Part shown: positions 19,501 through 23,516 of the stretch, piece after piece | Layout of the letters: every line of letters starts with the position of its first letter | Position numbering within the stretch: position 1 is the first letter of the stretch | Origin: a virus | Length of the DNA: 56,665 bases | IMG/VR virus record: IMGVR_UViG_3300035039_000184 | Strand: one strand, 5' to 3' | Notes under the pieces: generated by a model | Database searches by the model: none | What the model was told of the DNA's origin: nothing | Seen by the model: only the letters and a program-made list of their open reading frames with translations | Position numbers and translations under genes: made by a program

Positions 19501-20608
19501 CGACAAAAAATGGAGGGCCTTCCGGCTGTCAAATACCCTTTTAGGCGGATATGACGAGCTTACGGAGACCGGAGAATGGATGAGAAACAACATCTGGCCC
19601 TTCTGGAGCTTCCAGGAGATAAACCTGAAGAGGTATTTCTGGACCTTCAAGAACGCCTACATCGACGGCAGGACCGCAGGCAAGGCAGGAGAAGCCGTAA
19701 TGGGCTCCGCGATAAAGAGCTCTCCCTTCATAGCCATGAGGATAGGGACCTTCGCGATAAGGGCAAGCCTCTGGTGGGCGGCGATGCAAGCCTTCAACCG
19801 CTGGAGATGGCCCGAGGAGGAAGAGAACCTGCCGGAGCACGTTAAGAACAGACCTCACCTGATCGTGGGCAAGAACGACGCAGGAGAGGTGAAGGTGATG
19901 ACCAGGCTCGGGCTTCTGCCGGATCTCCTGGAATGGTTCGGAGACGAAACTCCTCCGAGATATGCCCGTGAATGGCTCAACGGCAACATGACCATTAAGG
20001 ACATTGGCGAGGAGATGGCCTTCGGAGTCATAAACAAGACCGTATCCGGGACTTTCCCCTTCATGAAGTTCTTTTACGAGATGTCCAGCGGAAGGTCCAC
20101 CTTTCCTGACGTGAGAAGACAGAGGCAGATACGGGATAAGTGGGAGTATCTCTACGACTGGGTTGGCCTCGGAGACTTCTACCGAGTGGCCACGGACCTC
20201 CCCGACAAGGGATGGACGGACCTTGCGGAGAGAGCTCTTTCCAACAAGTATGATCCTATGGAAAGTTCCTATTGGGACACCGTTTCCAGGGTATACGAGT
20301 GGAAGGAGGATGTCCTCGGACAGAAGGGGCAAGGCTACTATGAATCTCCGAAGTCCCAGGCCCTGTACTATTACAAGAAGTCCATAAGGTACGGAGACAA
20401 GGAAGCCGCAAAGAAATATCTTCTGGATTACTTCAGGGCAGGGGGAACAGCGAAGGGATACGAGCAGTCAATGAGGTGGCTTAACCCCCTTGCTGGAATC
20501 GCAAAGAAGTATTGGCCTGTCTTCTACAACTCCCTGGACGAGGGGGAGAAGAAGGCTTATAAGAGGGCAATGGCCTACTATCAGCAGATGCTGAACGTGG
20601 GCCCATGA
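7526..20608 (+). CDS. giant (4,360 aa) polyvalent virion-module protein with N6-adenine methyltransferase and SNF2/DEAH helicase modules (DarB-like)
   Basis: A single uninterrupted ORF of 13,083 nt with SD agaggagag upstream. It has N-terminal hydrophobic helices (aa ~250-300), MTase motifs I and IV, and helicase motifs I-VI (see sub-features). A terminator follows. Confidence 0.85.
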   Translation: MDYLDEIIRKYERGSNVSAPSSSFERKDRERRESGDIIDEVIDGYETDSASGGSRFNWDRPDVPEEMDRTLNDVMSGYPEFPYPSGIDPTSGDTDEKERRLPYGTVLDKDVLAADAADMLISKSGNVSPISGLPVDEKEPLFGETGKKIEKAFGDKGMQTFSGILGSAGAFARNVERLANPENERIEAPVNPGVLGTDGQLLKGIGDRDPYEKKNTIFKAAKATADFLEEGNEQIQKNLLQGEDPTFWDKVFNGIGSSAFFLVPGALAATGIATAAKFSPSVAKWLGAGVGGVMEGFADAGTTYKQVLDDGGDFQDANAAGSLAFWMNVPLDVITDKLGFFGDNKATKSLIAKSLSVFVKNPALKNTMSNVAGGMAGRGLNEMFQEGAQNPIQETLTEKALEKSGKGTLTWADAVKAMPEISERVPESIYNEGLPAFVSAAIFGLPTHMMQMDQEQRVEEEKSAREKTVQEQRTKGIMDEAFESVTGIPSGTEVRPIVAKRDEDISSPSAGDAVGTYLEGEKAKTIDAAIDKVAGTQQEADVARSERWAGTVDAVNAVNKYLDEMERQQQEQDKKENEPVQNARKDLPQDMQDNLNVNDLEGQVLKRYNKDMDFLQDLQRRREELGEQGYQDLLKTALNNPKVYSDFRNRQKPVQKEEPVNQDTARAEEIVTPEIEGENVQEVEKPSEPESIKKGEVGQKLGSGEVVLTSTGRKTTPFPKVDMSTNRKAANTVKRVDRWLIQNAINEAEQRGDEFNLLQFRGSLDNPSQADKDSAAYYLFDEEFIQKPDPKILKDMTKEQPSKSTDDIKPGDTVYRKDNGQALEVVNADDPSLLTVKHPKTGTQFQMGKGTVELAPEGQNLAPESIPEPEPTNTPDKGDTGRTEPDIQAEGQKRTIQDLQSLTFDTIEMGHWDKETEGVGKNKGIKYRTAKYAAIDRDGKERIFQVKVSSNGKTQVKPLGRTDSQKDADDQSEWSKVPEDVQRLVNLHWPDLNLSQKATIGKIAAGLPVNEMTANAVLGGSARNKMLELFPNIKTLEDGKRALQEYVRLKREEKSSDIEAEGPGFTGLVGEKTPRALESLKQLLDDPNAVHLKGRSLKYVEEDGKGYYEDEEGTRMPDWTPIPGNPGYSARQYVRDNTLEPAKAVQEVMINENGAIARRVYRDGEQEAYGGFEAEDNLKNFMAGKPFEAFFDFFNQKPDQIQAPAEEAPEAAQPELTDYQRQREENSKAADEVRTLQTKGQNSVPGVRIEAAEEAGRMRGLLESGEITQEEWDSYVQDLKDSGKVEADESESSPAEKETLTYSHEDITRKTYSEGDLVRFRKSMDKSPRKIVEIDKSGKVRLEGSDVLRDTAEIVKVSEEGQSEQKPAKKQKKSPAKKLRGDFSKIPEKYASKIDTGENMDEDWARKQAFMDDAANYLRSLGKDLGWEPYRGKNGKGSIVNKNPSGPATKGSVSATFFVPNRDEGVYITIDADGSNISGVKSAPYGTHIMWRSTTRKDPFGGGTNRFENWDITTDALSSTIESELDSVIARNDGKAQSQKSDTIVNKGEGVIPNEPERTVNGDRERTEQESQRGGQELPDGGDTEGGSAVAAGGREQPVLEDSGQRADEDVRGAEPPARDGVRETELSDETVGMEGQPATEDTGEELPWNRGNGLVPTSARDDADATGPSLVSDNYDLRNKEPVLLTKGERRRINDQARELLNKKEPLTEDEKDILRQYTGEGGLSSGSVEALNQHYTDYQTIRAIYGALERSGFYFEKALEPAVGSGNFIGNAPRGVDWTTVDIDSTNHQIASKLYPEGNHYLLSYEQFKKSGFDLVISNVPFLQERGAGGLKVRPDIQTLHDFYFVHSLDRVKDNGIVAFITSKGTMDKKNSSVRKEIVEKADVLGAFRLPGGHFEKNAHTSVITDIIFLQKRPEGAVPSSEQKAINDSFVKATETGDGIVLNNYYHDRMESNFLGEVEVGKDKARFGKITYTINGQADLSRIDIGPYRPYKIQKKEKAAPESVDVDEIPRDSKDFQKWASENDILTRQNITRTGTDRDGNSFEIKERDPGFSENIIIESDAVYAVDKVIDFEDVSGSAKIYREVSYKERDRIKDLDWIRRDAASFQETSDPKYAESGKKLIESYRQIHKVHPKKDKKLRKIFKDAGEQTLFAELSSFFDEDFNPAPVLDIQTRYSDSGRAEVTDDSPLSIRAFANEDNKGIVDISKAEHLSMDELGDLLHSGYSLVSMGEEGAVVQNDVLYYSGNIYSKIESAEKIKKDIELGRVDDGHAIGEKLDEQIRSLEEIKPSPKTVDDINFKGNENWLLPIIKKYGIWDIDSSYDRKSGKIQYEATNARGFPDSVYSNYLNNNVLIKRDFDQRTQMQEPISSYLSRMREAEEHVTEVVETIKERIKSDQQAAEEIEYAYNSKFRAYVKPNYSRAQYLIQDVLNEIEAESVNPKEAGQPVKLRKNQIEWIIQAVYEGKGINAHDVGGGKTFASIALARVLKKRGIAHKPLFVVPAKTINKWERDIKTLFPKARVLNLGQLSKNKRTEQLFELANNNFDYVVISHEGFKAIKLPLDTEMKYFDDVVNEHIDDPDMKGSQAARNMEKIEKYRTVLKEAERDSRLTFDKLGIDAIIADEAHAFKNIGIRGELNKFGLGAAFGFSNRQKNRKDPKTGKIMYGENGKPLKEDSVSLMSSKSYDFRFKSNWIIENNNNKNVFLLTATPTPNKPMEIYTMLRHLGKDIFDEYGLGRDIDFSNNFFHLGTVQKPDDPGQTKNVLSAIINALELRGILNRYVDKISIEDMPWIKIPEAKEYRQFLNMSEGYRLIAEDLAERQSRAGSGRKGAGEDNIIAIYSGGRAASVDPRLYGGEHANVEVDVRSYDPGDDKIQWTIESVAEVAKKNRKAGQLIFLDKVGWEQIENEKLAEDMHSEIKSSLVDMGFKEKEIAIINGKYVTNPKTGREVASGDKNQRKQDIADMYNEGKVKVVIGSTDSMGEGMDLQVKTTDIYHLDIPWTPGGFRQRNGRGLRFGNENDSVNIHYLLMRGTFDAISMDVVMHKKGWNEALYDKEDADVIPTAEEMAGGAIPPREQLLIELETDPIKKQQLILSFDYKRMQGELGEYNQAAYRIRNRISTAREAIKANRLRLQEREQKLRESSPNEKIKDEKKRKEQHEKSKAFLRKGIETSKRKIQEIEDKITTLEKTLDELGEKARDANERISRFEESYLDEEKNFRRDVIERLAATEDNLDNSPAPDENSGTDTAEELDPDEEVTRRINEAYEEKTPPAGASVKFLRPDALIKALDSRKKNQGVNDFFVKKDKKKKDSESDPRTFEFTDKEMEKAHKAYSRGIDKESTWSKLLEAFMDMKNRSTRTFRHLPGGAPFAVARHVLLQLKRTIPSAQMDAEEKISAILTKETSEGIQLYDRTDLDLFTRKVYLEDFARDARDGLSLPEGYTEENVNVELQRLNEHLRENAPWILDSYRLRTEMWRKAKKEYIRQAGRAGTDMSKKFTKGDSYFRHQVLAHMMDQGRSIYGTGNKLKSPVTRGFLKERKGSELPINLNYAQAEFEVLAQTLADTHVWETIAIIDENYSITDRLKKMAVEMNNNNFKGLMEELVRIEQGVKTVDEDVRHEAQKRINKLSQKQAIALSRLSELAAMGELPTGPKGQFSRIVQELGDYYMLKKENKKDDVDVGKVKFSHKELMKYLSWLSKQEGDGQETILSRTFFKGVAEKKKAIKATLKAGDIKEVNWKDLVPDDYTIYQPREGSVFYKAYTIPEQMAESIASGLLTGLDLTPNQVKAVLARGPRHKEMCIPTPLAATLEELNPMGSRKEGPFSELYHTGIRTLKKFWLYGPTRWVKYAFRNLTGDSEAVVLGRQWDTLNPKHLKRATWELYQAVMAHRKPSKEFKDWAQMGGFMTFDRIQELGELKALERLQHLEVPDERALSKIKDKTWDRYWRAIDKAEGIREGVLRYASYLSYLEQMENNENGEPNNFGASNRDEIMALPDKKWRAFRLSNTLLGGYDELTETGEWMRNNIWPFWSFQEINLKRYFWTFKNAYIDGRTAGKAGEAVMGSAIKSSPFIAMRIGTFAIRASLWWAAMQAFNRWRWPEEEENLPEHVKNRPHLIVGKNDAGEVKVMTRLGLLPDLLEWFGDETPPRYAREWLNGNMTIKDIGEEMAFGVINKTVSGTFPFMKFFYEMSSGRSTFPDVRRQRQIRDKWEYLYDWVGLGDFYRVATDLPDKGWTDLAERALSNKYDPMESSYWDTVSRVYEWKEDVLGQKGQGYYESPKSQALYYYKKSIRYGDKEAAKKYLLDYFRAGGTAKGYEQSMRWLNPLAGIAKKYWPVFYNSLDEGEKKAYKRAMAYYQQMLNVGP
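12600..13300 (+). other. N6-adenine DNA methyltransferase module of the giant protein
   Basis: AdoMet motif LEPAVGSGNF (12806-12838) and catalytic motif ISNVPF (NVPF at 12985-12996), a (D/N)PP(Y/F)-type variant. Confidence 0.7.
14870..16650 (+). other. SNF2-family helicase module of the giant protein
   Basis: HDVGGGKTF (motif I, ~14945), IIADEAHAFKN (DEAH, 15392-15403), LLTATPTPN (motif III), STDSMGEGMDLQ (motif V), FRQRNGRGLRFGN (motif VI, ~16544). Confidence 0.8.
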
Positions 20609-20630
20609 GAGACGAGAGTCAAATAGAGAA

Positions 20631-20660
20631 GAGGATCCTTTCCAGGGTCCTCCTTTTTTT
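20631..20660 (+). terminator. rho-independent terminator after the giant gene
   Basis: Stem gaggatcc/gggtcctc (one G-U pair), loop tttcca, then cttttttt. Confidence 0.65.
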
Positions 20661-20680
20661 ATGAGAAAGGAGGTGTCCAT

Positions 20681-21313
20681 ATGACTTATCGCACAAACAC
20701 AGATGACTACAATCTTTTCATCGAAGCACTGGAATTCGTTCTCGACAAGGAGGGCGGACTTAACGACGATCCCGACGACAGGGGAAACAAGGGAGGAGTC
20801 ACCTGGAAAGGCGTCACACCGGGTGCTCTTGCCGCAGCGAGAAGGGCAGGAATAACGGACAAGTCCAGAACCACGGACCTCACGGACAAGGACATCGAGG
20901 ATATCTACTATCAACTCTTCTGGAGAGGTGCACACTGCCACGAGATACCGGATCCCCTGTGCTTTCCGATGTTCGACATATCCGTAAACCACGGAGCCGG
21001 AGGAGCAGTTCACATTCTGCAGGAGACGCTCAACGACTTTTTCCGGGATGAGCACGAGGTAGCTGTTGACGGTGCATGGGGACCTCAGACACACAAGGCA
21101 CTCATGCTCTTTGAAAGGCTATCAAAAATAGTTGGTGATACGGAGGCAGGGAAGTATCTGGAGCCTCTTGTGGCCATAGCCTCATGTGTGGCACTTTACG
21201 AAAGGGCCGAAACCTATGCGGAGATTGTGGAGAGCCGCCCGGTGAACAGGAAATACTTCTACGGCTGGATCAGGCATCGTGTAAAGGATCTGGGCAAAAG
21301 ACTGGGGTTTTAA
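20681..21313 (+). CDS. endolysin, glycoside hydrolase family 108 with C-terminal peptidoglycan-binding (PG_binding_3-like) domain
   Basis: SD aaggagg is upstream. The N-terminal motif LDKEGGLNDDPDDRGNKGGVTWKGVT matches the GH108 signature EGGxxxDPxDxGGxTxxGI. Confidence 0.8.
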   Translation: MTYRTNTDDYNLFIEALEFVLDKEGGLNDDPDDRGNKGGVTWKGVTPGALAAARRAGITDKSRTTDLTDKDIEDIYYQLFWRGAHCHEIPDPLCFPMFDISVNHGAGGAVHILQETLNDFFRDEHEVAVDGAWGPQTHKALMLFERLSKIVGDTEAGKYLEPLVAIASCVALYERAETYAEIVESRPVNRKYFYGWIRHRVKDLGKRLGF

Positions 21314-21315
21314 CC

Positions 21316-21624
21316 ATGCTCAATGACCCCAACTTCAAAATGCTCTTTAAGTCCATGGACAAGAAGCTGGACAAGGTTTCGGACTCCCAGGACAACATAC
21401 AGGAGAGGCTTGCCCATATCGAGCAGCAGCAGCTTGACCAGAAGTCTATCTGCATAGAGAGACACAAGATGCTTGACGCTCACGAGATGAGGATCCGTCA
21501 GATAGAGATAAACGAGGGGAAGACAAACTGGAAGCAGCTGTTCATGACCGGTTCAATTGGTGGGGCTATTGGCTTTGTCTGTGCCAAGTTCAACATCCCT
21601 ATACCCAAGATATTTGGAGGTTAG
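21316..21624 (+). CDS. lysis-associated coiled-coil protein with C-terminal transmembrane anchor
   Basis: ATG lies 2 nt after the endolysin stop. 102 aa, helical N-part plus hydrophobic FMTGSIGGAIGFVCAKF. The longer ORF-track start at 21184 overlaps the endolysin gene and is rejected. Confidence 0.55.
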   Translation: MLNDPNFKMLFKSMDKKLDKVSDSQDNIQERLAHIEQQQLDQKSICIERHKMLDAHEMRIRQIEINEGKTNWKQLFMTGSIGGAIGFVCAKFNIPIPKIFGG

Positions 21625-21626
21625 GC

Positions 21627-21767
21627 ATGAAGAGAACGAGGTGTGAAATCTACAGCAGGGTCGTGGGTTTTCTCTCTCCTGTCTCGCAGTGGAACAGGGG
21701 AAAGAAGGAGGAATTCAGGGACCGAGTGACCTTTAAAGGAGAGGAGGTGGAAAACAGAAATGCTTAA
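21627..21767 (+). CDS. 46-aa micro-ORF resembling the glycyl-radical C-terminus of anaerobic ribonucleotide reductase NrdD
   Basis: SD ggagg lies 6 nt upstream. MKRTRCEIYSRVVGFLSPVSQWNRGKKEEFRDRVTF.. matches the NrdD C-terminal pattern YSR(I/V)xG(Y/F)xxPVxxWNxGKxxE(F/Y)xDR. It is below the ORF-track length cut-off. Confidence 0.55.
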   Translation: MKRTRCEIYSRVVGFLSPVSQWNRGKKEEFRDRVTFKGEEVENRNA

Positions 21768-22164
21768 ATCTCTATCTGAACTAATACCCGGAATAGCACA
21801 AATAGCAGATGATCTCGTAACAAGCGACGAAGAGGTAAGGGCAAAGATCCTTGAAGAGAAGAGGATAGACACCGATGTAGTAAAGGCCCGGCTTGGAGTG
21901 CAGAGGGCATGGCTTTCCAGCAAGAGTCCCTATGTCGCCGGAGCCATACCCACGATACTGTGGATGATATCGCTGGTGATATTCTTCAACCATATACTTG
22001 CTCCGATTCTGGAGTGGGCGACAGTCAAGGATGTTCCCATCCTGGATCTTCCGGACTATTACGTAGGTTTCGGGAAGTGGATAGTCCTGGGGCTGTTCGG
22101 CAAAAAGGCATGGGACAGCTCGGAGGTAAAGATCGGAGGAGTCTACAGTCCCAAAAGGGATTAA
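21760..22164 (+). CDS. holin, 3-TM GTA-type (GTA_holin_3TM-like)
   Basis: The N-terminus LIPGIAQIADDLVTSDEEVRAKILEEKRIDTDVVKARLGVQRAW is followed by hydrophobic helices, matching the pattern of the holin-of-3TMs family. The gene sits in the lysis cassette. Confidence 0.6.
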   Translation: MLKSLSELIPGIAQIADDLVTSDEEVRAKILEEKRIDTDVVKARLGVQRAWLSSKSPYVAGAIPTILWMISLVIFFNHILAPILEWATVKDVPILDLPDYYVGFGKWIVLGLFGKKAWDSSEVKIGGVYSPKRD

Positions 22165-22303
22165 CATGTCCTAAGGGGGCATTACGGTGTCCCCTCTGTA
22201 AAGGCTTCACTCGCTGAGCCAGCCTGGCAGATCAGCGAGCTATCCGGAAATTCCGGACATCCGGCAATAATGAATTAATCACCACAATACGGAGGTGTTC
22301 GTA

Positions 22304-22429
22304 ATGCAATTTATGATAACCGCAGTGCTGATAGTCCTGTTCTTTGTTTTTATCGAATGGGACAAGAACAGAAAGGGAAGGAAGGGACCCATCGGCAAGA
22401 TTCTCGGCAGAAAACTGTTTAAATACTGA
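22304..22429 (+). CDS. 41-aa single-pass membrane peptide
   Basis: SD ggaggtg lies 7 nt upstream. MQFMITAVLIVLFFVFIEW is followed by a basic tail KNRKGRKGPIGKILGRKLFKY. It is the last ORF before the operon terminator. Confidence 0.45.
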   Translation: MQFMITAVLIVLFFVFIEWDKNRKGRKGPIGKILGRKLFKY

Positions 22430-22513
22430 CATTTACTTGCAACGACAATAAACTGTGCGATAATTAAGAGAGAGACGAGAGTTATATTTTCATCATTCTC
22501 TCCTTCCTATTTT

Positions 22514-22551
22514 CAGGGATCCTTGTGATGGGGGATCCCTGTATCATTTTT
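22514..22551 (+). terminator. rho-independent terminator ending the late/lysis operon
   Basis: Perfect 9-bp stem cagggatcc/ggatccctg, followed by tatcattttt. Confidence 0.7.
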
Positions 22552-22585
22552 AAGGTGTCATATAATATATGTTATGTTGCATTGT

Positions 22586-22882
22586 TCAGAATTTTGCAGT
22601 AAATTGCCTTATTCTTTCCTGAATCTGGTTTGCACTCTTCTTTATCATTTCCAGGTTCAGTCCCACCTTTATTCCGCACCTTTCCGCATTTTCGGTCCAC
22701 TCCTTGCCGGTAACCGTGACTCCTATATCACGAACTCTTGTCATTATCACAGATCCGGCATCAATTATTCTCCTGGATCTTTCAAGATCCTTCTGGGATG
22801 GCTCCCATTCCTTTTTCAGAACTCCCTCTGCATAGAGTTTGGGCTGCTCGGCCTTGGGCAGCGAATAGACTATAAGAGACAC
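22586..22882 (-). CDS. hypothetical protein (reverse strand, GTG start), possible regulator
   Basis: 98-aa ORF with the purine-rich stretch gaagagga 7 nt upstream of GTG. The same frame stays open for a further ~47 codons upstream (to 23023) without any ATG/GTG/TTG. Confidence 0.5.
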   Translation of the reverse strand: MSLIVYSLPKAEQPKLYAEGVLKKEWEPSQKDLERSRRIIDAGSVIMTRVRDIGVTVTGKEWTENAERCGIKVGLNLEMIKKSANQIQERIRQFTAKF

Positions 22883-23047
22883 GAGAAAATCCTCTTCCCT
22901 GTCTTGTGAAAAAAGCCACTTGTAGAATCCCTGCGAAATGTCCTCCGGTGCTTTTCTGGCTGCGAGAGTTGCGAGAAAGAAGGAACGAAGTTTTCTCTTT
23001 TTCCCGGCTTCCTTTCCAAAGGGGGTTATTTAATTGACTTTTTGGGG

Positions 23048-23076
23048 TTGACATATTTGATAATCAGGTGTAGATT
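23048..23076 (+). promoter_or_regulatory. sigma70-type early promoter
   Basis: TTGACA (23048-23053), 17-nt spacer, TAGATT (23071-23076). It faces the early operon in the gap between divergent genes. Confidence 0.55.
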
Positions 23077-23158
23077 TGAAAGGCAATATTCAATCCACAC
23101 AGATCCATCACAACTTTCAACGAACCTTGAAAATCGAATAGGAAAGGAGAGAGGCCAC

Positions 23159-23251
23159 ATGTCCCCAACCATCACAGACCAGCATGAACTGTCCACTTTC
23201 ATCGACGCAGCCTTTGGATATCGGGAGGAGGTGTCAGACAATGGTAATTGA
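23159..23251 (+). CDS. 30-aa hypothetical peptide, first ORF of the early operon
   Basis: SD aaggagag lies 7 nt upstream of ATG. Short, so weakly supported. Confidence 0.3.
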   Translation: MSPTITDQHELSTFIDAAFGYREEVSDNGN

Positions 23252-23516
23252 GACTTTTCCCGAAATCGAGGACGCAAAGGAGACATTTATGGACAAGATC
23301 TTTCCTCTCATGGAGAAAAGGTTTTGCTCGAAATGTCCTTATGCACGTATCAACCGTGCCCACTGGGACGATTATTTCGGAGGAAGTCCGGAGGAGTTTG
23401 AATGTCTGAGAAAAACGGAACCGGGAGACCGGGGCTGCTACTTCGAGGACAACGCAAGAGAAATAAGAAGCAAGCTTGAGGAGGTTGGAGAGTTATGCAG
23501 GAAACTGATGTATTAA
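23241..23516 (+). CDS. hypothetical Cys-rich small protein
   Basis: SD gggaggagg is upstream of the ATG at 23241 (an internal start of ORF 23184..23516). Contains CSKC...C...C, a possible zinc site. Confidence 0.5.
   Translation: MVIETFPEIEDAKETFMDKIFPLMEKRFCSKCPYARINRAHWDDYFGGSPEEFECLRKTEPGDRGCYFEDNAREIRSKLEEVGELCRKLMY

Noticed and set aside
7531-20332. Dozens of 60-350-aa ORFs on the - strand and in alternative + frames inside the giant gene (e.g. 15944..16999 -, 10670..11437 -, 19541..20332 -, 18220..18825 +).
   Set aside because: They lie entirely within a 13-kb ORF that has clear MTase and helicase motifs. Their translations are low-complexity (L/S/P/R-rich) with no SD. They are typical shadow ORFs of a purine-rich coding strand.
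7526-20608. Giant gene as an N4-like virion RNA polymerase, since the capsid protein belongs to the N4-gp56 family.
   Set aside because: I could not recognise T7-like or two-barrel RNAP catalytic motifs. The recognisable modules are instead a methyltransferase and an SNF2 helicase. An RNAP hidden in the unassigned parts cannot be fully excluded without profile searches.
21184-21315. The longer 146-aa version of ORF 21184..21624 and similar 5'-extended ORF-track entries (e.g. 23184, 28917, 29434, 30448, 33363, 36223, 38881, 39557, 44258, 44553).
   Set aside because: The extensions overlap the preceding well-supported genes in another frame and lack an SD. Internal ATGs with GGAGG-type SDs, or stop-start overlaps (TGATG/TAATG/ATGA), give compact, non-overlapping gene models.
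22436-22551. Promoter-like TTGCAA-17-ATAATT followed by ~80 nt and the operon terminator, suggesting a small RNA with an anti-SD-like ctctccttcc stretch.
   Set aside because: The element lies in the 3' UTR of the lysis operon, and the terminator is already explained by that operon. Sequence alone does not support an independent transcript. It is only worth checking if RNA-seq data exist.
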